Shown one piece after another: positions 63,101 through 64,000 of a stretch of DNA of 64,000 nt. The first letter of the stretch is position 1. Each line of letters starts with the position of its first letter. A program made the position numbers and the translations under genes. Source of the DNA: Amphiscolops sp. MND2022 (Eukaryota); NCBI GenBank assembly GCA_964187785.1, contig OZ076409.1, positions 52,640,001 through 52,704,000 of the forward strand, read 5' to 3'. The notes under the pieces were generated by a model. That model did no database searches. It had not been told where the DNA came from and was given only the letters and a program-made list of their open reading frames with translations.

Positions 63101-64000
63101 TCCCGCTAGAAAATTCATGGGTCCTTCTCTTGAATTTCCAGACCAGCGAGGGGACCTTCATGCCAGCGGACGAGTTCCTGACCCGGCTGAAGATGACCAA
63201 TAAAGTTGCCAAATCTTGCAAGCAGAAAGCGGAAGATGTGCATTCTGGCAAGAAGATTGACAGGGCTGCTGTTCAGAAGACCGCCACTACCATTAAGAAT
63301 GATTTCGTCCGGGACACTCAATCCTACTTGCAGTATCTGATTGGAACAGTCCTTCGACAAGCCGGCCTTTGCTCTAACCTCGTCAGGGGGCTTGCTGCCT
63401 TTGACCCTCACATTATGGTGCACAGGCCTACCGAAGTAGCTCTCCGTCATTTTGACCTCTTGTACCGTACCTTCCAGCTTCGATCTTGGGTTAGCTCTGC
63501 AAACGAGTCTGCCTGTCGAGACGAGTACGTGGAGTTGCTAGATCAACTTCGTGCCGCCTCTCTACCTTCCTTTGATGTCACCCAGGGTTCTCCGGATCTG
63601 ATTGACTTCCTCATCAACCTTGCTTTTATGCAGGAGCACAGTCACTTGCTGTACCTATTCAAATTGAGCTGTTTGTGTGTTACCTCTAACAGTCCTCGTT
63701 ATCCGGTAGTAACTGTGGGGTCCCTCAGCACTTCAAACTATCAAAGCAGGCTCACTGACGTAGTTTTACCCGTGCAGAGTTACCTGTCTGGAGTTCCTGA
63801 CTCTGTTGTTTTCTGTAGCAATGAGTCCAATCTGAGTAAATTCTCTCTTCTTTCCGCCTCATTCGGTCGATCGGCCTTATCCTCCTCCTATGACCCCTGG
63901 ACATTCGTTGATGAGTTTGGCAGGGGGAAGATCTACAAGACCTTATTGACGACGTATCGTTCTGCACTTTCCGGACTGGGGGAAGAAGTTGGAGACCCTC
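60111..64000 (+). pseudogene. Spliced hAT-transposase-like zinc-finger gene (>1190 aa, two frameshifts): exons 60111-62038, 62118-62602, 62697-62771, 62836-62917, 62984->64000
   Basis: Four GT-AG introns of 79, 94, 64 and 66 bp with compatible phases; BED-like WCHICKKNFSIRTK..ILRHHRTERH; FFALEFED, MSLRYW and LAAFDP in hAT-like order; last exon open for about 339 codons to the window end. Confidence 0.7.

Larger units (their letters stand above)
56414..64000 (-). mobile_element. 3' end of a family A long-LTR retrotransposon: 3' LTR plus internal accessory region; extent beyond about 59.1 kb is inferred
   Basis: LTR homology; ORF continuous across the LTR boundary at 58364; flanks GCTCT vs CTGCG do not form a TSD, so not a solo LTR. 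Confidence 0.65.

Overview
Repeat-rich, AT-rich eukaryotic (invertebrate-animal-like) DNA with GT-AG introns; nothing prokaryotic and no CRISPR. The only clear host gene is a minus-strand, melatonin-receptor-like class A GPCR: five firm exons at 21374-49940, tentative 5' exons to about 54.4 kb, and a 19.6-kb transposon-filled intron. The rest is mobile DNA: a structurally complete but mutated 5.76-kb Ty3/Gypsy element (25579-31340, TSD ATGAA), a decayed BEL/Pao element (about 11.6-17.2 kb), a MULE relic, Helentron/DINE-1-like non-autonomous elements, MITEs and long palindromes. The most unusual feature is a long-LTR (1.5-2 kb) Gypsy family seen four times: a 5' LTR plus gag-pol at 1-7276, a solo LTR at 38726-40228, a relic near 46.5 kb, and a 3' LTR plus internal region at 56414->64000. 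Its LTR starts with a 24-nt hairpin that encodes part of the C-terminus of an accessory ORF, and ends inside gag, which reads through the PBS. No polypurine tract precedes the 3' LTR. The adjacent internal region holds an acidic accessory protein with a SIM-like motif and, divergently, a four-intron antisense gene encoding an apparently catalytically dead hAT-transposase-like zinc-finger protein. All family assignments are by eye from motifs; no database search was run.
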